A stretch of DNA of 63,862 bases, the filler included, from Squatina squatina (lineage: Eukaryota): the NCBI GenBank assembly GCA_031763465.1. It is 4 parts of 3 records of this genome, joined end to end, with 100 filler letters (N's around TTAATTAATTAA, not from the genome) between each part and the next. Parts side by side here need not be neighbours in the genome. Positions count along the whole stretch, not along the records: positions 46,912 to 63,862 come from JARFOE010000058.1; 3 more parts are not named here. The stretch is one strand, 5' to 3'. Every line of letters begins with the position of its first letter. The first letter of the stretch is position 1. Below, piece by piece: positions 51,013 through 63,862 of this stretch. Both the position numbers and the translations under genes were made by a program. The notes beneath the pieces were generated by a model, which saw nothing but the letters and a program-made list of their open reading frames with translations, made no database searches and was not told where the DNA came from.

Positions 51013-51464
51013 GATGAAACAAAGTAACACCTCAGAAGACGATTCCTACTCAAACAGTTATAACAACCCAGCCTATTTTGTACTTGAAGGACTCCCATAC
51101 TCCCAACCTGGAACAGGCTGTCAGGAAAATGCAGGGATTCAGGTGTCAAAAACTATCCTGAGGAATAAACCACAACCTCTTCCTCCAACAGGGGTGGAGA
51201 AGCCAAGGGACCCCTCCTTCCGACACTTAAACAACGAAGGTGGTTCCTCGGAACATGAAGGTCCACGTAGCTCTTACGATCAATCCCAGCACATTTTCCC
51301 CAAAGCGATGGAAGTTGAAATGCAGAACAACCCTCTTTATGCCAGTTCTGCAGATGTCTGGGGTAAACCTCGCCAGGCTCCACCAGTCAAAGTCAGCCAA
51401 GAGTGGCACAAGAATGCAACTTCAACCAGAGACCCCCCAGATTTCAAAGCCCGCACCACAGCGC
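51013..51464 (+). CDS. SHIP2/INPPL1-like inositol 5-phosphatase, C-terminal proline-rich exon (partial, runs into a gap)
   Basis: TTTTGTTTTCAG| phase-2 acceptor; NSYNNPAYFVLEGLP vs recalled INPPL1 NSFNNPAYYVLEGVP; open for 150 codons; second motif EMQNNPLY. Confidence 0.8.
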
Positions 51465-51566
51465 NNNNNNNNNNNNNNNNNNNNNNNNNNNNNNNNNNNN
51501 NNNNNNNNNNNNNNNNNNNNNNNNNNNNNNNNNNNNNNNNNNNNNNNNNNNNNNNNNNNNNNNNAA

Positions 51567-52220
<654 letters not shown>

Positions 52221-54084
52221 ACTGGAACTGTAACTGCCATAATTCTATGACCAGAATATATCCAGGGTTTCCCAATCATTAAAAATTCATTCTTGGGATG
52301 TGAACACCGATGACAAGGCCAGGATTTGTAGCCCAACCCTAGTTGCTCAGAGAAGGTGGCGATGGGCCGCTATCGAGGTTTGATACAATCGGGATTGTGG
52401 CTTGCTAGGCCACTTCAGAGGCCTGACGTGGCAAAGAAATCAGATTTCCTTCCCTAAAGGACATTAGTGAACCACTTGGGGTTTTAGNNNNNNNNNNNNN
52501 NNNNNNNNNNNNNNNNNNNNNNNNNNNNNNNNNNNNNNNNNNNNNNNNNNNNNNNNNNNNNNNNNNNNNNNNNNNNNNNNNNNNNNNGCTATTCCACTTC
52601 TAATGCCATCTAATAACTCTTTAGACAATCCTTTGTTCTTCTTTGTCCCCACCCATTAAATTGACTGAGCAAACAGCACCAAAAGCAGCCCCCTATAGTT
52701 TTCAAGTAACCAGCAGCAAAAACAAATAGAGGGTGCAGCTTTAAGTGATCCCTTTCTGACAGGCAAGAATCTGTTTTGGACTTTAATATCCTGTCGAAAT
52801 GGGTGCAATTAGTGCACTGTAGCTGCAGGAGCATGAATTCATGAATTTTACAGGCTGCTCCATTAAATTCCGATTTACGTTGGATTAGAATTTGAAATGA
52901 GTTTAGGGACTACAGTCCCGGCAGGCAGCCAGCTTGGAAAATTTCCACAAAGCACAGAGAAGGCTGGGGTGGGGGTGGGGGGGAGCGAGTTTCCAATCTG
53001 TGATGTTCCAATCCCTGTTCATTGTTCCCACCAGTGAAGGTAGGAATTTTCAGGTTATAATGAGAGGTCAGGTGAGCTGGAAATGCATGAAAAAAGGACA
53101 GGTAATTTCAATCAAATGGCTGTTTGCTATCCATGAATGTTCCTTCATTCTAACCTCAAGGGACTGTAAACAGACAGGTGTTCTTTTTATGAAGCAAGTG
53201 TTTTGACAGTAACCTGATCACAGATGAGCAGTGGTTATGCAAAATCCAATTAAAATGAACTGGAATTTTAGCCAACTTAACAATGAATGGATGAATATTG
53301 CCAATTCATAGTTGTTAGATGTAACTAAGGGTAACTTTATTCTTTCTCTGAACTGATCTTGTAAACAAGCCTGGAAGTGAGGCGTCTTCTACATTTTCTA
53401 TTTCATCGACTGTTATACTCTTCAAATGTTGGATGGCATTGTAAATTTTCAGCACTTTCCAAACTTCCCTTTAAGAGGTCTATGGCTATTGAGTTGGTTA
53501 CTATGTGCTGTTTTGCTTAGAACCCGTTATATACCTATTATTAAGTTATTTTCCTTATCCTGCTGCAAGCTTTGACACTATCAGGCCAGACGGGTGAAAA
53601 GTAGTGGCTGGCCAGAGGATGGGAGTGAAAGTACGGGTGACAGGAGGCCACCAGCAAGAAGATAAGTTGTGAGGAGGGGTGTTTGGGAAGGTCTTGCAAT
53701 AGAGAATGGGGGAAGCCTAATAACAGAGGAGGCCTAAACTTTTCTTTTGGTCCCAGAAGAGCACCCCTGCTTTCCCTGGCCCTACAAGGAGCGTAAAACG
53801 TACTTTAAATAGTCTGTTCTAGCCCTGGGCCCTACTTTTTGTTTCTTTATCTGGTGGGAAAGCTAGAGTTAAAATTGAAGTCAAGGCCCAATGATGCCAT
53901 ATCTGCACGTTTAAAGAAAATCAGGATCATTGCGAAGCTGGTATGAAATCAGTAGATAAGTCATCTGAAACACCTGGTTTTCACCAGGTGGGTTGGGTTA
54001 GAATCGGCCCCATTGTGCTACCAGAAATATTGAGGTTAAATTGGACAACCCTCAAAAACTGGTACAAGGATCGGTTCAGGAAAA

Positions 54085-54520
54085 TGTTGATATGAGGTGC
54101 ACGGAAAGCAATGTGCATGCAGTCAATGGCTCCCTGCACCATGGGCAGGCCTGCAATCTAAACAAACCCTCGTGCCCACTCCACCAGCTTGTCTCTGGCA
54201 AGAGGGACTGAGATGAAGCTGTCTCTCTTCGTATAGAGAGCCTCAGTGACCTCCCTTATGGAGAAGTGCATAAGTGCAAACTGAAAGCTGTTGCTTATAT
54301 CACCAGCAGCAGCCTGGAAGAAGCCAGACGCATAAAAGTTCCAACCCACTGTCTCCTTGACAGCCACAGGCAATGCTGTCCTTACCCTGCTTTGAGGTTG
54401 GAGTTGTGGCAGCAGCAATTGGCAGATTTTAGCCATGACCTCATTAGTGAAGCACAGACGTCTCAAGCATTGGTCCTCGCTGAAGTTCAGGTAAGAGAAC
54501 TGCTCCTTATACATACTCTG
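54085..54520 (-). mobile_element. Degenerate PIF/Harbinger transposase fragment
   Basis: SEDQCLRRLCF..LQPQ..TALPVAVK..NFYASGFFQAAAGDI..RGFV*IAGLPMVQGAIDCMHIAF; GAIDC carries the first catalytic Asp; in-frame stop. Confidence 0.88.
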
Positions 54521-54819
54521 TGGCTATGGCATCTTGCTGAGATCCCTTCTCCCCTTGTCCTCCTGCTTCTTCTAACAGCATGTCGTGCACTGCATTGCCT
54601 CTCTTCATTCTCCCAGTCATCTCAATTCCAAGAGGAAGGCCTACTAGGCCCCCATGTCTGCAAGCAATTGGTTTCAGTACAAGCCTTTGGGGCCCCAGTT
54701 GGTGTGCGCAGATTCACAGNNNNNNNNNNNNNNNNNNNNNNNNNNNNNNNNNNNNNNNNNNNNNNNNNNNNNNNNNNNNNNNNNNNNNNNNNNNNNNNNN
54801 NNNNNNNNNNNNNNNNNNN

Positions 54820-55510
54820 CTTTGCCCCTGCATAACTATAAGCATGGTCCCATGTCCTCCCTAACCTATCCAATTGAAATAATTGGTCCACATAAATGCA
54901 ATCTAGTCCCTTCATTATTTCATAAACCTCAATCAAATCATCCTCCGGGTCTATGGTTCTCTAAGTATACAGACTCTGCTCTTTGAGTCTATCTGGATAG
55001 CTAAGAGCTGGCATAATGGGCCAAATGGCCTTCTGTGCTGTACGATTCTATAAGGTATTTTAAACTGGGCATCAATCTTGTGGCCCTCCTCTGCACCCTT
55101 TCCAAAGCCTCAATATAGGCCATCACGTGAGGGGACCAAAAGTGGGCACCATATTCTAACTGAGGCCTAACCAAAGTCTTGTAGGAGGACAGTATGGTAT
55201 GCTTTGTTTTGTAGTGAATTGTCCCGTGAATACATCCTAGAACTCTGTTTGCTTTAGCTATAGCTTCGCGGTATTGGTCATGAACCTTTTAGAGAATGAT
55301 TCATTACAACACCCAGATCTTCTTTCTTCACTATTGGTTTCAACTCTGTTCCCTGTAGGGTGTATGTATATTTAGAATGTTAATCATCGTTTGCCAAACA
55401 CTGGCCCATTCCCCCAACATATTGAGATCTTCTTGCTGTAGTTGAGCATCCTTTGCAGTCCTGACACACTCACATATCTTGGTATTGTCTGCAAACTTGA
55501 CCACAATTCC
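54820..55510 (-). mobile_element. Old CR1 RT fragment with a nested short plus-strand CR1 tail (~54995-55050)
   Basis: MIEVYEIMKGLD..LFQL; CACGTGAGGGGACCAAAA.TG..CA..ATATTC; GTATTGTCTGCAAAC (FADNT-like); inserted TGGGCCAAATGGCCTTCTGTGCTGTA. Confidence 0.7.
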
Positions 55511-56179
55511 ATCTGTTCCTTCATTAAACCTATAACAATTCTGGTGCCTGTAATAATTCGGACTGACAGGACATAGCTATACTGTAACTGCATAAAGTAA
55601 GTTTAATGTGTGTTTTGACAGATACTTTTACTATCCCATTTCCATTTCTTTAAGTATTTCTGTCTGATCATTTCTCTTCTATAAAAAAAGACAGTTTGAT
55701 TATTACAGGAAAAATTAATAATTCTACTACTTCAGTTTGAGCCCGAGTATACAGATCAATTGGTCGTTTGTGAATATTTTTAGGGAAAAGGGATGTTGGA
55801 GCTTTACATTCTCTATTAATTGTGCATATGATTTTATATTTCTTCTGAAAATGTGCAATTTTTATTTTGTCCATGTGAACTCACTAGATTTTTGTTTCCC
55901 TCGTGAAGGATTATTAATAGCAGCACCGAAGTGAGATGAACATCAAACATGTGGAGAGGATTCTAACCTTCAGTGAGATATTCCAAAATCAGTCCGTAAC
56001 ATAAAAATAAAGAGTGGATCACAAAGATATCCAAGCAATAAAACCATATAAAATTTATAGCAGCTCTAATAATCCTTTTAATCCTCCCAGTACTGAATGT
56101 CCTTAAGAGTTTTAAAAGCTACACATGCTTTGAGTCAAAAACACGTGTGTAAGTGATTTTGTAATAATAATAATGCACC

Positions 56180-56185
56180 TTTATT
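56180..56185 (-). terminator. Candidate polyadenylation signal
   Basis: Minus-strand AATAAA at the end of a T-rich 3'UTR-like tract, downstream of the minus-strand TNFR exon; sequence context only. Confidence 0.25.
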
Positions 56186-58167
56186 GCAAAAGTATAAAAA
56201 TAAAGGTTAAAGTTCAAATTCCAAAATAAATCACTAAGCAGACTCAGACATGTAAAAAAAACACTCATGAAGTGTGATAACCACAAAAGGCGCAGAACAT
56301 ACACCGAGAGGAATGCTGTAAATACGGCTGATGCCTCTTCAAAGAATCTCACCTGAAATGTTGTTACTCAGTGAAATCAATGGAAATTATAATCGGGCGG
56401 CTTCTATGATGGGTGGTCCAATCTGCAACTCCTGTTTGATGACCGGGCAGCAAGTTGAATAGTGGTGATTTTAATCGACCCCACCAGATGTAGTTCAAGT
56501 TCTGTCCTCTCTGCTTAACCCCCTCAATTGCCTTGGTTACATTCGTTCATTCCTGGTTCACCATCTTACCTCTCTCAATTTCCCAATGGCCAATTTCAGG
56601 CTCTGCTTTGTCTGGCCCACTTTACCAACTGTGAACATCTGCTTATCTTCACTTGACCATCTCGTTCATCTAGTTCAGTTTCACATCTGCCAAAGAACAT
56701 TGTAACTTGACCAGTTCATCTCCTTCTAGGTTACCTTCTCTCTTGTATTAGTTAACCTCAGGGAAGTGTAGTTCTCCTTCTGATCAGTTCAGCGCACCTT
56801 CTTCATTGCCTGTTTCACCTGGTCAACTTTCCAGTTCACTTTCTCAAATTCTCTCGTCTATTTCAACTTCTGAACAATTATGTCTCACATTATCAGTTTA
56901 TCATTACCATTACCAGTTTCTCACTTGTCTACGTTATCTTTCCGCATTACTTATCGCTTGTATGCTTCTATCTTTTCATCTGTGANNNNNNNNNNNNNNN
57001 NNNNNNNNNNNNNNNNNNNNNNNNNNNNNNNNNNNNNNNNNNNNNNNNNNNNNNNNNNNNNNNNNNNNNNNNNNNNNNNNNNNNNGTCATAGCACCATTG
57101 GCCTGGGGGTTCCCACTACAGAGCACTGAAATCAATTTAACATCGAAAAAGGCAAACTTCTCACCTCAGAGATCACGAGAGCAGTTTTCTTTGGGGCCAG
57201 CAGCGAGCACCTTTGCTTCATCACTGACCACAGATTACCAGCCCATTGACACAGATATTTCATGGTACTGTGGAATGGTGCCGGTGCCATTGATATTTTC
57301 AGGACCATATAGGTTGCAGAAGCCACGGTTATCAGTGTTTGGAGAGGAATAACAGGAGAAACTAGAGTTAGGACATTAGTTTGATCTGGACCAGCAAGCC
57401 TGGATCCACCTGCCAATTCAATAATGTCCAACACTTGCAAAGTGCAGTCATGAATTGGGTTCAACTTAGGCTTGTTTTCTTCCAAAGTAAGTCATTTTGG
57501 TGGCATTACAAGCTTACTTATTCAGAAACCAGAACATGCAATGAAATAAATTCATTCCATCACACAGAAATTGGAAAACTGGGAGTTGGGCTGCTCTCCT
57601 GACAGGGTACAAGTGGCTATTTCATCCACAGACTTCTAAAAATCATCAGCTTCATGCATATGAAGGGGCTAGTGCTGCCCAGAGTCGAGCCCACCAGCGT
57701 GTCAACTGTGCAAGAGTCAGCTCTGTTCATATTTTGCATAATTAATTAGCTGATCGCAATTAATCTTGAAATATTGCCTAACTTCATCATTTCACAATGT
57801 CTAGTGCAAACAGGAAGCCAGAGCTCTCAGCACCTGACAAGAGCCAAAGAAATTATTGCGCAAACAACTGCCGAGGCCATTAACAACATCAGCAGATGAT
57901 TCCATTAGTAACTGCAATTTGAATAGATCTTGGGTCCTAAATCTTTGTTCTCTATGGAATTCCATATCCTATGCCAGGAGCAGACCAATTACTCAGGAAG
58001 TGTTCTTCACAGATATTAAGAATTTTGCTGTATAGAGAGAAATACCATTATCTGAAGTAATGTAGAAGGTCGACAATCATAGTTGCCATTTTTTTTAAGA
58101 TGGATTCACATCTGCTTTAATTTTTAAAAGGCAATTTCCCAGTTAAAAGAGCACCTCAGGCTGAGAT

Positions 58168-58340
58168 ACATAGAAACATAGAAAAATAGGTGCAGGAGTA
58201 GGCCATTCGGCCCTTCGAGCCTACACCGCCATTCAATAAGATCATGGCTGATCAGTACCCCGTACCTGCTTTCTCACCGTACACCCTGATCCCTTTAGCC
58301 GTAAGGGCCACATCTAATTCCCTTTTGAATGTAGCCAATG
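58168..58340 (-). mobile_element. CR1 LINE 3' end
   Basis: ACATAGAAACATAGAAAA tandem tail + GGAGTAGGCCATTCGGCCCTTCGAGCC. Confidence 0.88.
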
Positions 58341-58820
58341 AACTGGCCTCAACAGCTTCCNNNNNNNNNNNNNNNNNNNNNNNNNNNNNNNNNNNNNNNN
58401 NNNNNNNNNNNNNNNNNNNNNNNNNNNNNNNNNNNNNNNNNNNNNNNNNNNNNNNNNNNNAAGTACTTTTGAAGTGTAGTCACTGTTGTGCACTACAAAG
58501 GGTTCAAAAGAGTAGGAAAGAAGATAAAACAAGAAATATAGCGAGAAGGCAATGCCAAGCTTAGGGCTTAAGATACAATAGATTGTAAAGGATGGGAAGA
58601 GGGACTGACTGCTTAGAGGTCCTGGGAACGAATGCATTAGAAAAGAAAGACAGTGCAGTGAATCTTAACTTCAAAACAGTGTTGGTTCTATGATGAGGAA
58701 AACGTGAGATAGTGTATTTGGGGCTTATGAGGAACTGACTCAGTGGCGAGAGTGCCACAGCCTACACCAGTACCTCTAACTTGCAGCATGAACAATCACT
58801 GAGTGAGTAACTTTGATTAC

Positions 58821-58985
58821 CATTGTTCTGATTTTCTGCAATCAGCTGTCTGCAGTAGATGAAACAGAGGAGCAGGGCAGCCAGCAGAACTGTTGTCAGA
58901 GCACTACAGATCGCACCAACAAGAGCAGCATCATAGGGAGAAGCCTCAGGGCTCAGTACCCTCACCACATTTGTGCTGGAGATAC
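58821..58985 (-). CDS. TNF receptor superfamily transmembrane exon (EDA2R/XEDAR or TNFRSF19/TROY)
   Basis: TCACAG| and |GTAATC; 165 nt, phase 1/1, encoding (C)ISSTNVVRVLSPEASPYDAALVGAICSALTTVLLAALLLCFIYCRQLIAENQNN(G); like recalled TROY SPRDTALAAVICSALATVLLALLILCVIYCKRQF. Confidence 0.8.
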
Positions 58986-60757
58986 CTGTGANNNNNNNNN
59001 NNNNNNNNNNNNNNNNNNNNNNNNNNNNNNNNNNNNNNNNNNNNNNNNNNNNNNNNNNNNNNNNNNNNNNNNNNNNNNNNNNNNNNNNNNNATCAGCAAG
59101 TGGGAATTGTCGATAAGGATTACCTTTATTGCTTTCCCTACCAGGAGTGCTGTTTATCAGTTGAAAGTGATGACACTTTTGTGCTCTATAATTCGCAATG
59201 CACCAGCAATTTCTGCGAACCTTAAGGACCAAGTGTTAAAAGGCTTTTCTTGGCAAGCATTCTTGTTACATCCCGATAACATCATTGTTTAAAACAAGGA
59301 TGTCTGTGGTGTAGTTAAAAGGCTCCAAGACATATTGAATTGAAGCAACATCTAAAGTAGCAATCCTGTTTCAAAGGAAAGTGCTTTCACATGAATAGTC
59401 ATTGTAGAGTGGATAATTATTTAGTACAGTTGGTAAGTGATGGTATGGTGTCATCAGAAGAAGAAAGGTCTTAGCTTTGCTGCTCTGCCGTTTTGTACCT
59501 GTTAGCACAGCAGTTTGGTAGAAGGAATATTTCCTACACTGGTTAGAAAAATTCCCCCAAAATGCAACAGTCCAGATGATTCAGTGAAGTAGAACTTTTG
59601 GAAGCTGCTTTATTAGCATGAAGCATCACTGCAGAAACGAGCATTAAAATGTTACTAGATTATCAGACTGGGCATATCCATCTTGCGAGCTGAATCAGTG
59701 TGAAGGCACAGCTTCAACACCATGATGAAAAAGACTGCAACCATTTGAATCCTGACAAAACTCATGGGATTGCACCATCGATACTTGAGGTTGAAAACTG
59801 AAACCAGACACTGAACATCAGAATGTGAAACCATTGCACAACTCCACAACAAGTTCTCACAATTGAAGACATGGCTGAATTGGAAGTTGCAAGCCAATAA
59901 GCACTCACCAAATTGGGCAGAACTCTTGGCAAAAGCACATGAGCACCATTACTGAGTTGAGTTTAGATGAGATAAGGATTTGNNNNNNNNNNNNNNNNNN
60001 NNNNNNNNNNNNNNNNNNNNNNNNNNNNNNNNNNNNNNNNNNNNNNNNNNNNNNNNNNNNNNNNNNNNNNNNNNNNNNNNNNCACACCAAACTCCAGTGG
60101 AAGAAAAAAGGTCCGTACTCTGTTGTTGAAGCTTTAATGCCGCCAGAGATCACCAAACATGATATGTGATGCCCTCATTTTATTGCCATTGAGCTGTATC
60201 AGCCAAGTGCTGGATGTACGTGGCATATAAAAAGAAAAATCCAATGAGTATTAATAGACTTGGGAAAATCTTGCAAACCGGGGTATCTAATGTCACCACA
60301 ACAAGCTCCGCAAGTTTAAAATTCAGCTAACAGGCATTTACTCCTCAATCAAAGTGATTGTCTATTCTCTAACAAAAATCATAATTTGGCTAACAAGGCA
60401 CAAAAATATAAGCCATCTCAGCTTACAGTAAAATAAATGGCCAATGGCATAAAATAATATTTGTGAGAGGGCAAAGGAAGAATCTAAAACCATTACACTG
60501 AACATTTCTTCATACACTGTAACTGTAAGACACGGCATGGGCTCGTCGGGTCAAGTGGCCTCCTTCTGTGCTATAACCATTCTATGATTCTATGACAGCT
60601 TACCTTCATCCACTAAAAGAAAACAGGGAGAAAATATAGCATAAACAAGAGAAGATAACATGAAATCTGCTTCTTCGACAAACCAATGTGCCCTATCATG
60701 CATTCCAGTCAAACTATTTAATCTCCTGAGAAAAAAATATGTACAAGGTGTCAATCT

Positions 60758-60909
60758 TGGCTCAGTTGATAGTACTCTGAGTCAGAAGGTTCTGGGTTCA
60801 AGTCCCACCCCAGAGACCTGAGCACAGAAATTCAATGCAGTGCTGAGGGACATGCTGCACTGTCGGATGAGACGTTAAACTGAGGCCCCGTCTGCTCTCT
60901 GAGATGGGC
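60758..60909 (+). mobile_element. SacSINE1/DeuSINE-like SINE head
   Basis: TGGCTCAGTTGATAG A box, GGGTTCAAGTCCC B box, then GAGACGTTAAACTGAGGCCC. Confidence 0.75.
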
Positions 60910-61201
60910 NNNNNNNNNNNNNNNNNNNNNNNNNNNNNNNNNNNNNNNNNNNNNNNNNNNNNNNNNNNNNNNNNNNNNNNNNNNNNNNNNNNNNNNNNNN
61001 NNNNNNNNNGGGGAGTTTTGAAGTTAAACTGAATTAACCAATTTTGCAGCAGCTTGAATTCCACTTATCTTGAAATCCACTTCCACAGATCAAGGGGAAC
61101 AAGAGTTTGGGCTGGGGGCGCGGGGTTTAAGGGAGGTGGGCGTTATATGGCTGAAATAGGGTGGGGCGAAGGCTATGGTGGAATTTAACAACAAGGTCTG
61201 T

Positions 61202-61920
61202 GGCGTAGAAATTGGGGTCGTTTACACCTCCTGTTACCGCTAACGGGGCGCAAACGACTTTTCGCCCGGACACGGCACCGTTTTCGACGCTCACTAAATT
61301 CCACGGAGGTTTAGCGGCGACAGTAACCAGTAGCTCCCCGCTCCGCTGCGCCGGCGATGATGATGTCATCACTGTACGTAGTGTTCCGTTATTACCCCGG
61401 ACCCTAAATTGGGTATCGCTCCCTGACGCTGCATGGGGCGAGGCCAGCAAGAGCTTCAGGAGTCGTGAACCGGGCAGCTAGTTGCTCGTGGGATGATAGT
61501 TAAAGGTGTCGGCCATTGAAAAAAAAAAGTTCTAACAACCTTGCCAAGCGCCCTGTTGGCGCTTTGAACGCGGAGTCCGTGCAGCGATTGGTCAGCCCGG
61601 CACTTTGTTTGAGTGGCAGGCTGTTGGCATGGCACCCCTGCTCCCCAGTTGTCCAGGGAGGACCATTATTATAATGCAGAGTTTGCAGGTTGGACCTTTC
61701 CCTTTAATTAAGAGCCCCTCCTACGTGGCAGCACTCCCTACGCATCTGCCTCGCTAGCACACCAGAAAGTGAATGGAGCACGTTATTTTGCGCTCTCCTT
61801 CCTTTTGGCGGCGGTAACCCTAAGTTAGTGAGTGGGGCAGGACTTTCGTGCCTGGTGCAAAATGCCTCGCCTCCCGGATGTTACCGCCCCCAAACGGGAC
61901 GCAAAGGAATTTTTCCGGCA
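61202..61920. mobile_element. ~720-bp CpG-rich MITE-like element
   Basis: Abrupt CpG-rich block bounded by GGCGTAGAAATT and AATTTTTCCGG (imperfect TIRs), with internal GTTACCGC / GCGGTAAC inverted motifs. Confidence 0.55.
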
Positions 61921-62284
61921 AAGATTTTAAGCTTGAGGCACTGGGGAATGAGGAGATAATGTAGGTCATCAAGGGCTGGGGTGATGGGCAAATGAGGTGC
62001 AATGCAACAGGATACATGCAGTAGAGTTCCGTACAGGGTGGATTATATGGAGGATGGGAGGAATAGTTAAGTCTGGAGGTGAGAAAGCCACGTATAAGAG
62101 TTTCAGCAATGGGGAGGCTGTGGTTCGGAGTATCTAGGCTGAAGTCTACAAGCAGCCGTTGCTATAGGTAAGTTACAAACTGTACTGGGGCTTTTCAACA
62201 CACCAAAACCCTGATTCCGGTCTCCTTAACTGTTTTTACACTAAAGTTAATTCTATTGTCATTATAACTGTTTCAATACTTATT

Positions 62285-62530
62285 GGCCCTGTTGGTCTAC
62301 TAAAAACTGTTTTCTGGCCTCCACCCTGTATTCTCTTTTAAAAACTGTGTCGGCATGTTGCCTTAATAACTATTTCAATGTTTTCTGGCCCCATTGGCCC
62401 AATAAAAGCTGTCTGTGGCTCCATTAGCCTAATAATGTCTATGCATTATGCCCTGTTGGCATAATATAAAATTTTTATAGCCCCACTGGGCTAATAAAAG
62501 TGTTTATGGCTCAGTTGGCTAAACAAACAA
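62285..62530. repeat. Degenerate ~30-bp minisatellite
   Basis: About 6-7 units of GGCCC(C/T)(A/G)TTGG..AATAAAA..TGT. Confidence 0.6.
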
Positions 62531-63069
62531 ACTTTAAATCTTTGGCAAATTTTCCAAAGCTTTGAATATAAAAAAAATCCATCTTTAAGACGCCCACTCC
62601 ACCCACCTCAGCTCTGATCCAGGAAACAGTCTGCACCACATGCACCAGCTTCCTGCAGACCTCCTTCAGAGAGCTTCCCACTTCCTCAGCTGTAGACTAA
62701 ATAATCGAAGGATCTTTATTCCACACTCCGCAGCCCCATAACTGAAAACAAAAACGACATTGCAGTGAGTCTCCATTTTAAATACAGTTGTTCCGTTTTT
62801 AATTTATTCTTTTGGCCCCAATTCTGGCCACATAAGTCACTGACTTTGCATGGGTGCCAGTTACCCTTCGGCACCTCCCCTAGTGCATGAACCTGAACCG
62901 TGGATGTTTGACAGGCTTTTGTGATCGTAGAGGACATCACAGCTGAGGCCAACCCCAGGTTCACGCCCGNNNNNNNNNNNNNNNNNNNNNNNNNNNNNNN
63001 NNNNNNNNNNNNNNNNNNNNNNNNNNNNNNNNNNNNNNNNNNNNNNNNNNNNNNNNNNNNNNNNNNNNN

Positions 63070-63365
63070 TGAGGCAGGGGTGGAGACGGGCGATGTTATG
63101 GATGTGGAAATAGGGGCTTTTAGTTTTGCCGCGGATGTGTGGTCGGATGTTCATTTCAGGGTCAAATATGACACCAAGGTTACGAACAGTCTGGATCAGC
63201 CTCAGACAGAAGTTGGGGAGAGGAACGGAGTCAGTGGCTAGGAATGGAGTTTGTGGCAGGGAGCAAAGACAATGGCTTCTTTCTTCCCAATAGTTAATTG
63301 GACAAAATATCTGCCCTTCCAGAGCTTGATGTCAAACGAACAACCTAACAATTTAGAGACCGTGG
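63070..63365 (-). mobile_element. L2 LINE RT fragment
   Basis: Minus-strand RPHIRGKTKSPYFHIHNIARLHPCL and QLTIGKKEAIVF, typical of L2 RT; homologous to 16430-16592. Confidence 0.8.
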
Positions 63366-63559
63366 AGACTTAACGAAAAAGGTTACACTGTTGTCCTGAT
63401 GAAATGTAAATTACATACATGTGAGCTTTGTGGGATTTTTTCAAAATGCTGTTGCTTTTGGTGAGGGCACGAGAAATGGTACATTGGGTCAAACAGTGGT
63501 TTCGCATCTCTTGCCCAGGCTAATAGGTCGAAAGTCCCCTCATCCATGCCTTTATTACT

Positions 63560-63862
63560 TCCAGGCGTGACTATTCCAACACAGTCCTGCCTGACCTCTC
63601 ATCTTCTGCCCTCTATAAACAGAAGCTCATCCTAAACTCTGCTGCCTGTATCCTAACCAAATCCCTTTCACCCATGACCCCTGTGCTCGTTGACCTACAG
63701 TGGCTCCCAGTTAAGAAACGCCTCAATCATAAAATTCTCATCCTTATTTTCAAATCCATCCATGACCTCACCCCTTCCCTATCTCTTTAACATACTCCAG
63801 CACTACAACCCACCGTGATCGCTGTGCTCCTCAAATTCTGCCCTCTTGTGCATCCTCGATTT
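63560..63862 (+). mobile_element. L2 LINE RT C-terminal fragment
   Basis: Remnants resembling DYSN, NSAACILT, SPMTPVLVDLQWLPV..KILILIFKSIHDLTPSL. Confidence 0.75.

Noticed and set aside
54085-54520. Domesticated HARBI1 host gene
   Set aside because: In-frame stop and divergence, plus a second decayed relative at 29655-30180, point to transposon fossils.
57132-57485. 117-aa minus-strand ORF as the EDA2R/TROY cytoplasmic exon
   Set aside because: An in-frame stop lies just upstream, with no clear acceptor and no recognisable motif; not supportable without a search.
63394-63425. Second hammerhead candidate (CTGATGA + ATGTAA/TTACAT hairpin)
   Set aside because: No GAAA box follows the hairpin.

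Overview
Vertebrate genomic DNA, most likely a shark or other cartilaginous fish (inferred from CR1/L2 LINEs, SacSINE1-like DeuSINEs, Penelope and Harbinger remnants, and gene content). No prokaryotic features are present. The window is not one locus: three artificial 100-nt linkers (N44-TTAATTAATTAA-N44 at 13675, 29064 and 46812) join four fragmented scaffolds, each made of short contigs mostly separated by fixed 100-N gaps. Scaffold A (1-13674) has four CNTN1 exons (-). Scaffold B (13775-29063) has PM20D1, RAB29 (2 exons) and NUCKS1 exons (+), matching the PARK16-type order. Scaffold C (29164-46811) has seven AGK exons (-) and three SLC23A4-like exons (+). Scaffold D (46912-end) has an arrestin exon (probably ARR3, -), an INPPL1-like exon (+), a GPR83-like last exon (+) and an EDA2R/TNFRSF19-like exon (-). 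Gene calls rest on my own translation, GT-AG boundaries and recalled protein sequences, not database searches. I find no convincing new biological system. The best leads are a SHIP paralogue with both NPAY and NPLY motifs, a Penelope-borne hammerhead ribozyme motif, a recursive-splice-like site in CNTN1, and a possible target-site duplication around a sized gap.
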